Origin: an uncultured Pseudobdellovibrionaceae bacterium
Lineage (GTDB): Bacteria > Bdellovibrionota > Bdellovibrionia > Bdellovibrionales > UBA1609
DNA: 64,000 nucleotides
Direction: 5' to 3'
Assembly (NCBI GenBank): GCA_964628445.1
Contig: CAZVOP010000006.1
Span: 6,723-70,722 of the forward strand
Shown: piece after piece, positions 7,926 through 16,356 of the stretch
Numbering within the stretch: position 1 is the stretch's first letter
Layout of the letters: every line of letters begins with the position of its first letter
Notes under the pieces: generated by a model
Seen by the model: only the letters and a program-made list of their open reading frames with translations
The model's database searches: none
What the model was told of the DNA's origin: nothing
Position numbers and translations under genes: made by a program

Positions 7926-8615
7926 TTGAAGGACGACAATATTAATATTCTTCGGTTAGCGGTTCATGAATTGGGGCCCCTAGCGAACAACGTGGTCTTT
8001 GTGGGCGGCGCAACCGTTGGACTATATATTACTGACTCTGCTGTACCGAACGTTAGAGCGACAGTTGATGTCGATTGTGTCGTTGAGGTAACAAGCCAAT
8101 CTGGTTACCATGATATCGAAGAGCAACTTCGGGCCCGTGGTTTTTCCCACGATACTCAAGGCCCAATATGTCGTTTTCTCAAGGGCCCACTAATATTAGA
8201 TGTAATGCCAACCTCTGGGTCGATTTTGGGGTTTACAAATCAGTGGTACCCCGAAGGAGTTGCTAACTCAATGAGTGTGGCTCTCTCCCCCGGGCAAGAG
8301 ATCGCTGTTTTCACAAGCCCGTATTTTCTTGCCTCGAAACTCGAAGCTTTTAAAGGGCGGGGCGAAGACGACTTTCGAGCAAGTCATGACCTGGAAGATA
8401 TAATTGCTGTACTAGATGGAAACGAAGGAATTGCCAACCATATTGGTGCCGCCCCTAAAACCGTCCAAGCGTATCTCAAGCAAGAGTTTCAAAAACTCCT
8501 GGGAAACTCCGATTTCTTAGAGGCTATGGAAGGACATATTGCAGACCGACAAAATTCTGGCTCCAGAGTTCGCATAGTGATTTCTAGGATGGCCGAAGTA
8601 TTACGCTTGCCTTGA
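7926..8615 (+). CDS. nucleotidyltransferase, AbiEii/AbiGii-like toxin candidate
   Basis: FVGGATVGLYITDSAVPNVRATVDVDCVV fits the minimal NTase motif GG-x(n)-R-x-T-x-D-x-D. ASKLEAFKGRGEDDFRASHDLEDIIAVL resembles the AbiEii C-terminal block. TTG start with AGAGG 6 nt upstream, 1 nt after the stop of the wHTH gene. Confidence 0.5.
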   Translation: MKDDNINILRLAVHELGPLANNVVFVGGATVGLYITDSAVPNVRATVDVDCVVEVTSQSGYHDIEEQLRARGFSHDTQGPICRFLKGPLILDVMPTSGSILGFTNQWYPEGVANSMSVALSPGQEIAVFTSPYFLASKLEAFKGRGEDDFRASHDLEDIIAVLDGNEGIANHIGAAPKTVQAYLKQEFQKLLGNSDFLEAMEGHIADRQNSGSRVRIVISRMAEVLRLP

Positions 8616-8707
8616 AACGTAAAACTCAAGAGCTGCACACCGAAACCCTCGACCACCATGGGAATAGTTTCTAGTCTAACCTGGATGGAAACAATAATTC
8701 TAGATTT

Positions 8708-8797
8708 ACTCGTTCCAAATTTCGTTTCAATTTAATCATCATGATGAGTCTCTTCCAAAGATCCCGTGCTTTCCCGAAAGTTGGCGGAAATACCGAA
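8708..8797 (+). repeat. bipartite direct repeat, copy A (3' flank of the OLD gene)
   Basis: Block 1 at 8712-8732 and block 2 at 8772-8797 are collinear with 11465-11485 and 11522-11549. See findings. Confidence 0.55.
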
Positions 8798-8939
8798 AAA
8801 ATTCAGCCGATTTCAGAATTGCTATAATGTAATTTAATCGATATCCACAAGCAGACGAATATCTGGAAACCCGCACCTTACCCATTCCGACATCAGGGCC
8901 CTTCTTACCACCTCAATTTCACAGCGATTTACAAGTCCG

Positions 8940-10862
8940 CTAAGCAAAAATCTTATTGATCTCCAAAAACATTTTCTCAAAATTGTCCATAGTCAGACCG
9001 GAAAGATCTCCCTTCCTAAGCCCAACTTGATTCAATTTGTTCGCTGGCCGATAATGATTGAATCTTTCCTTCGATATTACCTTATTAATTTGCTTCACAA
9101 TGGTCGGGAGAGAGGGATCTAGCGTGGAAACATCTACCGGGGGAATCTCCCCTTGAAACGAATCATTGAAGATCTTTAGATAATCATCTTTAGAAAACAA
9201 ATCCTCAATATCTGCAACGGCTTTTCCATTATTAGCGAACTCGTCAAAAAACCTAATATTTTTATCTTTAATGATTTTCATTCGAACAAGATCGTCAACC
9301 CTCTGCTTACCAGACTGGTCTGTATACGTGTCCAGAAGGCACGCCACATTTAACTTGGAGCCTCGCAAAAGCGAGATGAATGTCGATACCTTATCAAGTC
9401 CACCTACTGGTACAATTGTAATGTTGTCTTTCAGAAAGGATCTTCCCTCAATCTCAAGCAGATTGGAAATTGCAGTTAAATAAATAAGGTCGGCCGGACC
9501 TTCAACCAGAAGATTATTTTTCGAAATAAATAAATTCTGCGCAATATCATAACCTAACGCAGCCTGGAGAGGGAAAAGCGTGTTGGGATCTTTCTCTTGG
9601 ATCGTTTCAGAGATAATAGTACCAGCCTCCGTCTCAAGGCAGGTCCTAACACTCGCGAGGCGATCAGACTCAACCATGAATGGCGAATGCGTAGTAAAAA
9701 TGATTTGATATTTTCCCGAGAGGTCTCGGAAGAATTGTAACAGGTCTGCCTGGGCAGAAGCATGAAGATTTAACCCCGGCTCATCAAGTAATAATATATA
9801 TCCCGAATTTTTATCCGCCTGAATTTTACTAAACCATACAATAAACGAAAAGAACCAATTGAACCCCTTGCTGCGGCGATCTAACGGTAGGGTAATTTTA
9901 TGACGACGACTTTTGACCCTAATATCAAGGTATTTTTCTCTAGCCCCCTGATCATTAGTTATGTCCTGAATCTTGAATTCAATATCTAGATTTTTATTTG
10001 TTGACCAATATTTAAATATTTCATTGGTAATCTTGTTTGCCGATGCCTCCAATAGAGCCACATACTTTTCATAATCCTTTTCAACAGCATTCAGAATATC
10101 CGCCGGCCTAATTTTGGCTAACTCAAACAAGGCTCTTGAAGTTTTGTCTCTTTCTGACTTTGGTTCCCCCTGCATTTTGTTTATATTTATTTTTCCGGGA
10201 AGCGGGTAATAGTCGTCAAAATACCAAAATTTTGGAATGTTCGGAACGATCCACTTACTTACAATATATGCCTCAAGTGCATTTTCCCAATTTGGATTGC
10301 CGGCCTGAATTATTTGAGCGATCTCTTTCTTTAATCCCGGGAGGCCCTCGTCGCCCTCCATAGCTTCAACCTGCGATATTTCCTTTATATCTACGATTTT
10401 TGAAATCTTTTTTTTCGTCTCTTTTGAAAGCGTATAGTCTTTTAATTTGAACTCGATAAATTTGCCAACATTAGCCGCAATCCCACTTATGGACTGGGTT
10501 TTATTTTTATAATAATGCGTCCGACTGAACTCCCGGGTAATCAGAACTCCCTCACCTACGTCCTGATCAATCAATTTAGTAAGCTTTGGGGCGATCGCAT
10601 AGTGGCAATTAATTATGTCGCAGTCATCTTCAGCATCTTGAAAATCTATGAGTTCGTTCCTGGGATAGTCCGAAACCATATCGAATTTAAAATCGACGTC
10701 ATTGGAATTAAAATAGTTGGTTTTTGCGATTGCGGTAAGGAACGAGGTTTTTCCAGATTCATTCATTCCAACGATAGTTGTTATCGCTGGGTCAATATTT
10801 ATCTGTTGGGGCTTTTGAATGCTTTTGTACTTGGTTACTTTAACCTTTGTCAGGGTCATCAT
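8940..10862 (-). CDS. OLD-family ATP-dependent endonuclease (ABC-type ATPase + TOPRIM), stand-alone
   Basis: N-terminus MMTLTKVKVTKYKSI...IVGMNESGKTSFL (Walker A), LLLDEPGLNLHASAQ (Walker B/D-loop) and FTTHSPFM (H-loop). The C-terminal part has LLVEGPADLIYL and acidic LLDTYTD (TOPRIM). Start moved from 11054 to ATG 10862, which has AGGA ~10 nt upstream and gives the canonical OLD N-terminus. Confidence 0.8.
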   Translation of the reverse strand: MMTLTKVKVTKYKSIQKPQQINIDPAITTIVGMNESGKTSFLTAIAKTNYFNSNDVDFKFDMVSDYPRNELIDFQDAEDDCDIINCHYAIAPKLTKLIDQDVGEGVLITREFSRTHYYKNKTQSISGIAANVGKFIEFKLKDYTLSKETKKKISKIVDIKEISQVEAMEGDEGLPGLKKEIAQIIQAGNPNWENALEAYIVSKWIVPNIPKFWYFDDYYPLPGKININKMQGEPKSERDKTSRALFELAKIRPADILNAVEKDYEKYVALLEASANKITNEIFKYWSTNKNLDIEFKIQDITNDQGAREKYLDIRVKSRRHKITLPLDRRSKGFNWFFSFIVWFSKIQADKNSGYILLLDEPGLNLHASAQADLLQFFRDLSGKYQIIFTTHSPFMVESDRLASVRTCLETEAGTIISETIQEKDPNTLFPLQAALGYDIAQNLFISKNNLLVEGPADLIYLTAISNLLEIEGRSFLKDNITIVPVGGLDKVSTFISLLRGSKLNVACLLDTYTDQSGKQRVDDLVRMKIIKDKNIRFFDEFANNGKAVADIEDLFSKDDYLKIFNDSFQGEIPPVDVSTLDPSLPTIVKQINKVISKERFNHYRPANKLNQVGLRKGDLSGLTMDNFEKMFLEINKIFA

Positions 10863-11217
10863 AGATAAAATCCTGTTTATAGTCTTATTGTTGTTTGATG
10901 TGTTATTGTTGCCTAGGTGGCGTGAATTTCCAATCCCATATGTGTAAGCGCGGCTGAGGTCGGGCGCGGCGTGGGCCACCTGAAGTTCAGAAAAATCGCG
11001 ATCCACCTGGCGCCAAAGGACCTTTGAACCAAGACGGTGCGGGCTGTCGAGCATACAACAGCAGCTACTGCCAATACGCGTACACTTCCTTGGTCCAGAT
11101 GTAATCTCAGGATGAAACAGAACGACTCTAGACTTTAGGTCTCTTAGCCGTGGAAATAATTTTTATGGATCGATTTGCAGCGTCTAGTCCAAACACAATT
11201 TTTTTCGGAGGGGATAA

Positions 11218-11301
11218 ATGTCCAGCGATGTAGTTTGCATAATTGCCGGCCTGGCACTTTCTTTGGCGGGCTCATTGGTTACGGTTGGGTTGCCCCAATA
11301 A
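11218..11301 (+). CDS. candidate 27-aa hydrophobic peptide (type I toxin-like small ORF)
   Basis: GGAGGGG (11207-11213) lies 4 nt before the ATG. It translates to MSSDVVCIIAGLALSLAGSLVTVGLPQ, a single TM-length hydrophobic core. A perfect 7-bp hairpin GCCTCCA-GATT-TGGAGGC at 11317-11334 follows the stop. The ORF is too short for statistical support. Confidence 0.3.
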   Translation: MSSDVVCIIAGLALSLAGSLVTVGLPQ

Positions 11302-11460
11302 GGGTTCTGTTAGTAGGCGCCTCCAGATTTGGAGGCTGCCCCCCGATAAAATTGAATATTACGATAGAAAAATTCGGAAAGATGCGACTATTGCCCGCAT
11401 CCTCTAAGTGCTGGGAGGTTTTTTGCAAATATACGGAAGCCTGCAGTTTAAAATAGTTCC

Positions 11461-11549
11461 CCTTGTTCCAAATTTTGCTTCAATTATTTAGCCCCCATAA
11501 AATATCCGTGTTTTCGTATACTCCCGTCGATATTGGCGGAAACACCGAA
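11461..11549 (+). repeat. bipartite direct repeat, copy B (far upstream of the OLD gene, upstream of XRE gene 11712)
   Basis: Collinear with 8708-8797. GTTCCAAATTTYGYTTCAATT matches 19/21, and TCCCG-N4-6-TTGGCGGAAAYACCGAA also matches. Confidence 0.55.
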
Positions 11550-11711
11550 TCTTCGCCAAACAATTAAAGTTTGCATTCCATATCTGCACCGATAAAGGTC
11601 TTGCCTGAATCACAAAACGGGTAGCCGTGCCACAGGCACAGTCAATCGTTCGTTACAACGGCTAACGGGAAAGCAGTTCCAAGTTCAATCTTATATGTCG
11701 ATCATGAACCT

Positions 11712-12005
11712 ATGAAACTAAATGTCGGGAATGTTTTAACGGAGATCTTTCGCGAACGGCGTTTGACCATAAAGGAAGTTGCCAAAGCCAGCGGCGTTCC
11801 TGCGTCTACTCTCAGCGAATGGAAACTTAACCGTGCCCCAAAGAACCCTGAACAAGCATTGAAGGTCGCCGAGGCCCTCGACATATCCCTACACTTTCTG
11901 CTATTCGGTGTCGAGGACCGGCAAGAGCCTCTACAAAAGCTGCTCAAAGAAGACGTATTTAGCGGCACTTTCGAAATCAACATTAAACGAATCAAGATAA
12001 AATAG
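11712..12005 (+). CDS. XRE-family HTH regulator (Cro/CI-like)
   Basis: LTEIFRERRLTIKEVAKASGVPASTLSEWKLNR is an HTH_3-type motif. 97 aa. Confidence 0.8.
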   Translation: MKLNVGNVLTEIFRERRLTIKEVAKASGVPASTLSEWKLNRAPKNPEQALKVAEALDISLHFLLFGVEDRQEPLQKLLKEDVFSGTFEINIKRIKIK

Positions 12006-12015
12006 GAGAACAGCA

Positions 12016-12648
12016 ATGCAACTTCGGTTAGAAAATCGATCTCTAAGCTTGGTACGCGCATCAGCTATATTCTGCGCATTGAGCCTCACTGCCTGTGCTT
12101 CCATGGGAGCGTACAATGCACGTACATATGCGCAAATCAGACATAAGCGCACCTACGAGCCCGTAAATGCCAAGGAGTTCAAAGTCGAGGACTCAAATTT
12201 GATCGCTGAGTACACACCGGACATTTTGGACGCCGGCACAAGCTTTCAATTCACCAACAAAACCAACAAGGTCATTAAGATCATTTGGGATGAAACAGCC
12301 TACCTTGCTCCAAGCGGTCAGTCCGAAAGGATCTTTCATGCTGGCGTTAAACTAATAGATCGTGGTCAATCTCAGCCACCCACAGTCATTCCACCTCGGG
12401 GCCATCTCTTGGATGACTTAATTCCTATTGCGAATGTTGAGCCTGGATCCGGCCAGTTTGCAGCTTGGAGATACAACACCATGTGTGGAACGCAAAGCCT
12501 ACCGACAAGAGAGCTTCAAGATGCCGAATGCATTGGAAAAATATTCGGATATTTTCTGACCTACGAGATTGATGGGAAGAAAAAGAATATGACAGCTCAA
12601 TTTAGATTTGTTTCGAAGGAGCCTCTCCCAAAAGAAAGCGCAAAGTAG
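12016..12648 (+). CDS. lipoprotein, unknown function
   Basis: Signal peptide with lipobox LSLTAC. Starts 10 nt after the XRE gene stop. No family recognised. Confidence 0.55.
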   Translation: MQLRLENRSLSLVRASAIFCALSLTACASMGAYNARTYAQIRHKRTYEPVNAKEFKVEDSNLIAEYTPDILDAGTSFQFTNKTNKVIKIIWDETAYLAPSGQSERIFHAGVKLIDRGQSQPPTVIPPRGHLLDDLIPIANVEPGSGQFAAWRYNTMCGTQSLPTRELQDAECIGKIFGYFLTYEIDGKKKNMTAQFRFVSKEPLPKESAK

Positions 12649-12680
12649 CAAGCTCGACAGATCTGCCCGCAGTCTTCAAA

Positions 12681-13142
12681 TTAAGTTGCGGGTGATTCGG
12701 AGTTATCTTTCGATGATTGTTTTTCTAAATAGCGCAGGTGTGATTGATTGATTACTTGTAGCCTTTTTCTTTCTTCCAAAAGCTCTTCAATTGACCATTC
12801 TTCATATCGGAGCGGAGCTGGCTCCTCCATTACGTTGCCGGCTTTACCAATGGCCCGATCCAAGAGCCTCTCGAATGCACAAGCATTACCCGTTTCTAAA
12901 ATATGCAAAATAATCTTTATTAGGCATAGTTCAATCGCCGCCAAATCTTTAAGTTGGGACTTGGCACGTAGCTCTTCTTCAGTAAGAAAAAAATTCTGAC
13001 TGATATACCGTGAGAGCATTTCCTTACTCAACTCACGGACCACTCGCTCCTCACTGGTGTACGAAGCTCCGCCCTTAGGCCTTCCACCTCGCCTGCCGAT
13101 CTGATTGCCAGCTCTAAAACTCGTTCGATTTTTTTTGCCCAT
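12681..13142 (-). CDS. hypothetical protein with N-terminal GNQxGxxGGRPKG motif (DUF5681 / small-terminase-like?)
   Basis: Start set at MGKKNRTSFRAGNQIGRRGGRPKG (ATG 13142). The basic N-terminal motif resembles phage DUF5681/TerS-like DNA-binding N-termini. The assignment is weak. Confidence 0.4.
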   Translation of the reverse strand: MGKKNRTSFRAGNQIGRRGGRPKGGASYTSEERVVRELSKEMLSRYISQNFFLTEEELRAKSQLKDLAAIELCLIKIILHILETGNACAFERLLDRAIGKAGNVMEEPAPLRYEEWSIEELLEERKRLQVINQSHLRYLEKQSSKDNSESPAT

Positions 13143-13242
13143 ATATAGGCATTCTGCCGGTTCGCTGCGCGGCATGTCAATCGCGCGCTCATCTTATATA
13201 TCCCACTGGCTGAATGAAGAAATTCACAGGAGCGAAGTCCAA

Positions 13243-13920
13243 ATGAAACCCTCTCAAAACACAACCACGCAGGCATGGCTGCCCGCTGAAGCCCAAGCGT
13301 TTTATTCATCGAAGACCTTCAAGGAAGCCCCTTCCCAGTTCTCCTGGATACAATCCCAACATATGAAAAGGGTCTGGCAATGCTTCGACCGTTTACCAAA
13401 GAATCGACGGAAGGAAATCACCAAGTTCATCGAATTGCTTCCGATTATTCTCAAACATTCGCAAGAACGAAAGGCTAAGAAACAAATAAATGACTGGCTT
13501 GGTGAAATTACGAGCGCCGCCGCCAAAATAAAGAGAAACATGGACTTGCTTCAAGAATTTGATGGCTTCTCTTTCGAATTGCCTTCGCATGAGGCCGTAC
13601 TCGAAATTGAGCAGGCGACTGAGTTGCGGTCGAGACAGCTAAACGACGATTTAATTGACCTTTATCTAGGTAAAGAGTTCGCACGCGTTGGCTTTTTTAA
13701 AAAAAAGACGTCAAAAGATGCGGTTGAAATCTATCTAATAAAAACTCTTATCAAATTATTTAAAAAATATTTTAATAAACCTAACTATTTGTTGGCCGGA
13801 ATAACCGCGTTGGTGCTTACAAATAACAATAAATATGTAGATGGTGCTGGAAATTTGGAGATTGATCTCATCAGAGATCGTGCGACAAAACTCGCAAAAA
13901 TAGGGAACATTCCTCTCTAA
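13243..13920 (+). CDS. hypothetical protein
   Basis: The ORF track gives 13105-13920, but its first 46 codons overlap the divergent gene. ATG 13243 has AGGAG 11 nt upstream. No motif recognised. Confidence 0.4.
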   Translation: MKPSQNTTTQAWLPAEAQAFYSSKTFKEAPSQFSWIQSQHMKRVWQCFDRLPKNRRKEITKFIELLPIILKHSQERKAKKQINDWLGEITSAAAKIKRNMDLLQEFDGFSFELPSHEAVLEIEQATELRSRQLNDDLIDLYLGKEFARVGFFKKKTSKDAVEIYLIKTLIKLFKKYFNKPNYLLAGITALVLTNNNKYVDGAGNLEIDLIRDRATKLAKIGNIPL

Positions 13921-13996
13921 ATTTAGCAGAATCGTCTCTACTCCCTTTAAGCCCCTTCGAATAAGTTCGCTCCTTTAAAACAAAGGAGTCAGAATC

Positions 13997-16213
13997 ATGA
14001 AATCGGAAAATAATTCGGATCAGTTACAGGAAGCATTGAGACTACACAAATTAGGATTCGGAATTCACTGGCTAAGGCCTCACTCCAAAATACCTGTGAA
14101 AAGTGGTTGGACAAATGGGGGGCGACTATCGCCAAGTTCTCTCAAAAATGAATTTAGAACAGGAATGAATATCGGGGTTCGCCTAGGCAAAGCTTCGAAA
14201 CTGCGATCCGGAGGGTTCCTTGCAATAATCGATTGCGATGTAAAATCCTCGGCGCCCAAGCACCTTCAGGAGATGACCGCTAAGCTGAACGAACTATTTC
14301 CAGACTATAAGAAAGCGCCCTGCGTGAAATCTGGCCGAGGCAACGGATCGGCCCACTACTATTTGCAAACATCTGAGCCAACGGCACCATACAGAGCTTC
14401 TCAAAGTTCTGAGAAAGTCCCAGTTCACATGCCCGGAATTTCTCCATCAGCAAATGACAAGGTTTCGCTCAGCAAAAAGCAAATTGAAAAAGGTCTGCGC
14501 CTAAGAGCTGCGTGGGAAATTTCGGTTATGGGAGAAGGCCAACAGGTCGTATTGCCCCCCTCCATTCATCCTGATACCGGAATTACTTATCAATGGGTTC
14601 GCCCCCTGAAAGATGACGCTGAAATTCCAACACTCGGCCTCAAAGGCTCTTCGAAAAAAATTGAGAAAGCCACGATCGACGACTTCGAATTTGAAACTAT
14701 CGACCTGAAGAAATCAACTCTCCCACTAGAACTGATCGACGGCATCATCGACGGCGATGGCGTTGAAGATCGATCCGCGTTTCTCTTCAAAGTCGCCATT
14801 GCCATGTTTCGGGAGGGATGGGGTGATAAACAAATTTTGTCAGTTTTGACTGACAAAAATCTCTATATTGGAAAAACCGCTTTTGATCACTGCAAAACTC
14901 AATCGCGCAAAAAAGCCGCACAGTGGATAAGCGACTACACTCTATCCAAAGTGAAAATCGAACACTCGGCAGCTAATGCATTTGACGACCTGGCCGTAGT
15001 CGATGGGAAAGATAGCGATTGGAAACGATCTCTTGATCGCAACAGGTATGAGCGTCCTCACCCGAGTTTCAAAAATATCAAACTGATTTTAGGAAAAACT
15101 GTTAATGAACCTCTTCTCGCTAGAAACGAATTTTCTATGGAGGACATCTGGCTTACCGATACTCCCTGGAACACCAAAGCCGGCATGCCTATTACCGATT
15201 GCGACTCCATTCAAATAAAAGATTGGCTTGCTCATAAGTGGAGGATAGAGCCAAACAAGGATAAGATCGAAGAAGTTCTTCAACAATTTGCAATGGAGAA
15301 CTCATTTCACCCAGTACGGAAATACCTAAAAGCTCTAGAGTGGGACAAAACCAAAAGAATAAATTCTTGGCTAAAAACATATCTCAAAGCAAATGGTCCT
15401 GAACGTTACTTGCAAGCTGTCGGTCAAAAACTTCTATGTGCGATGGTGAAAAGAATCTTCGTGCCCGGATGTAAGTTTGATCAGGTTGTAATTTTAGAGG
15501 GGCTCCAAGGAGTCGGCAAAAGCACCACGGTAAGAATTTTGGCTGACCCTTGGTTTTCTGATTCTCATTTAAATATTGGCGACAAAGATGCCGTGATGAA
15601 TATGCAGGGCATTTGGGTTTACGAACTGGGGGAGCTTTCTGCAATGAGACGAGCCGAAACCAACACCTTAAAAGAGTTCATTACTCGCTCAACGGATCGC
15701 ATCCGACCGCCCTATGGCAAAAGGACAATATCGTTCCCAAGACAATCTGTTTTTATTGGAACGACGAACTCTAAAGAGTATTTGAAAGACCCCTCGGGAA
15801 ATCGACGCTTTTGGCCAGTTGAGGTCGGAAGGATTGACCTGAAGGCACTGCAGAAGGATCGCGATCAATTGTTGGCCGAAGCCGTGGTTTATTCAAAAAT
15901 GGAATCTCTTTGGATTGAAGATGAGTCGATTCAAGAGCTTGAACGTCATGAACAATATTTACGAGTAGAGCACGATGAGCTGAAAGATCTCATACAAGAA
16001 TTTTTGGAAGATTCGAACAATCTCTTTCCCAAACAATTTAAAATTTCAGATCTTCTCGAACGCGTGCCATTCACTTCTATGCGACACGATATTGGATTAG
16101 AAAGACGAATCCATGCATCTCTTAGAGCCCTAGGTTATGACAACCGGGAAAAGTGGGATAAGGCCTTGTGCCGTAACGTCCGACGGTGGCGAAAGCTGAA
16201 ACCTTTAAGGTAG
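13997..16213 (+). CDS. bifunctional primase-polymerase (Prim-Pol) / VirE-type P-loop replication protein
   Basis: The N-terminal part has LGFGIHWLRPHSKIPVKSGW and AIIDCDVKS (Prim-Pol domain with DxD). The C-terminal part has VVILEGLQGVGKST (Walker A) ... FITRSTDRIRPPYGKRTISFPRQSVFIGTTN ... GNRRFWPV, typical of the VirE/D5-like family. Confidence 0.85.
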   Translation: MKSENNSDQLQEALRLHKLGFGIHWLRPHSKIPVKSGWTNGGRLSPSSLKNEFRTGMNIGVRLGKASKLRSGGFLAIIDCDVKSSAPKHLQEMTAKLNELFPDYKKAPCVKSGRGNGSAHYYLQTSEPTAPYRASQSSEKVPVHMPGISPSANDKVSLSKKQIEKGLRLRAAWEISVMGEGQQVVLPPSIHPDTGITYQWVRPLKDDAEIPTLGLKGSSKKIEKATIDDFEFETIDLKKSTLPLELIDGIIDGDGVEDRSAFLFKVAIAMFREGWGDKQILSVLTDKNLYIGKTAFDHCKTQSRKKAAQWISDYTLSKVKIEHSAANAFDDLAVVDGKDSDWKRSLDRNRYERPHPSFKNIKLILGKTVNEPLLARNEFSMEDIWLTDTPWNTKAGMPITDCDSIQIKDWLAHKWRIEPNKDKIEEVLQQFAMENSFHPVRKYLKALEWDKTKRINSWLKTYLKANGPERYLQAVGQKLLCAMVKRIFVPGCKFDQVVILEGLQGVGKSTTVRILADPWFSDSHLNIGDKDAVMNMQGIWVYELGELSAMRRAETNTLKEFITRSTDRIRPPYGKRTISFPRQSVFIGTTNSKEYLKDPSGNRRFWPVEVGRIDLKALQKDRDQLLAEAVVYSKMESLWIEDESIQELERHEQYLRVEHDELKDLIQEFLEDSNNLFPKQFKISDLLERVPFTSMRHDIGLERRIHASLRALGYDNREKWDKALCRNVRRWRKLKPLR

Positions 16214-16356
16214 AGCCTCACACCGAACTGCAAATTTCTCTAAAATGATTACAAATAACAGGTTAACAGGGTGGCCACCACGCAGCCAAAGTGTCTGGAA
16301 GACAAGCTGTGCGGTGTGCGCTTTCCTTTATTGAACCGTAAATAGGGATCAAGTAC

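Noticed and set aside
8940-10862. Gabija (GajA) or retron-associated OLD assignment
   Set aside because: No GajB/UvrD-type helicase and no reverse transcriptase gene lies within several kb on either side. Fused PARIS-type versus class 1 OLD cannot be resolved by eye and is left open.
10863-11054. 64-codon N-terminal extension of the OLD ORF
   Set aside because: The extension is low-complexity (NNNTSNNNKT) and has no SD. ATG 10862 has AGGA upstream and yields the canonical OLD N-terminus directly preceding the Walker A.
11175-11456. 93-aa ORF in the long gap upstream of the OLD gene
   Set aside because: It has a TTG start without an SD and an odd Cys/Gly/Phe-rich composition. It is treated as non-coding, although this leaves the gap unexplained (see findings).
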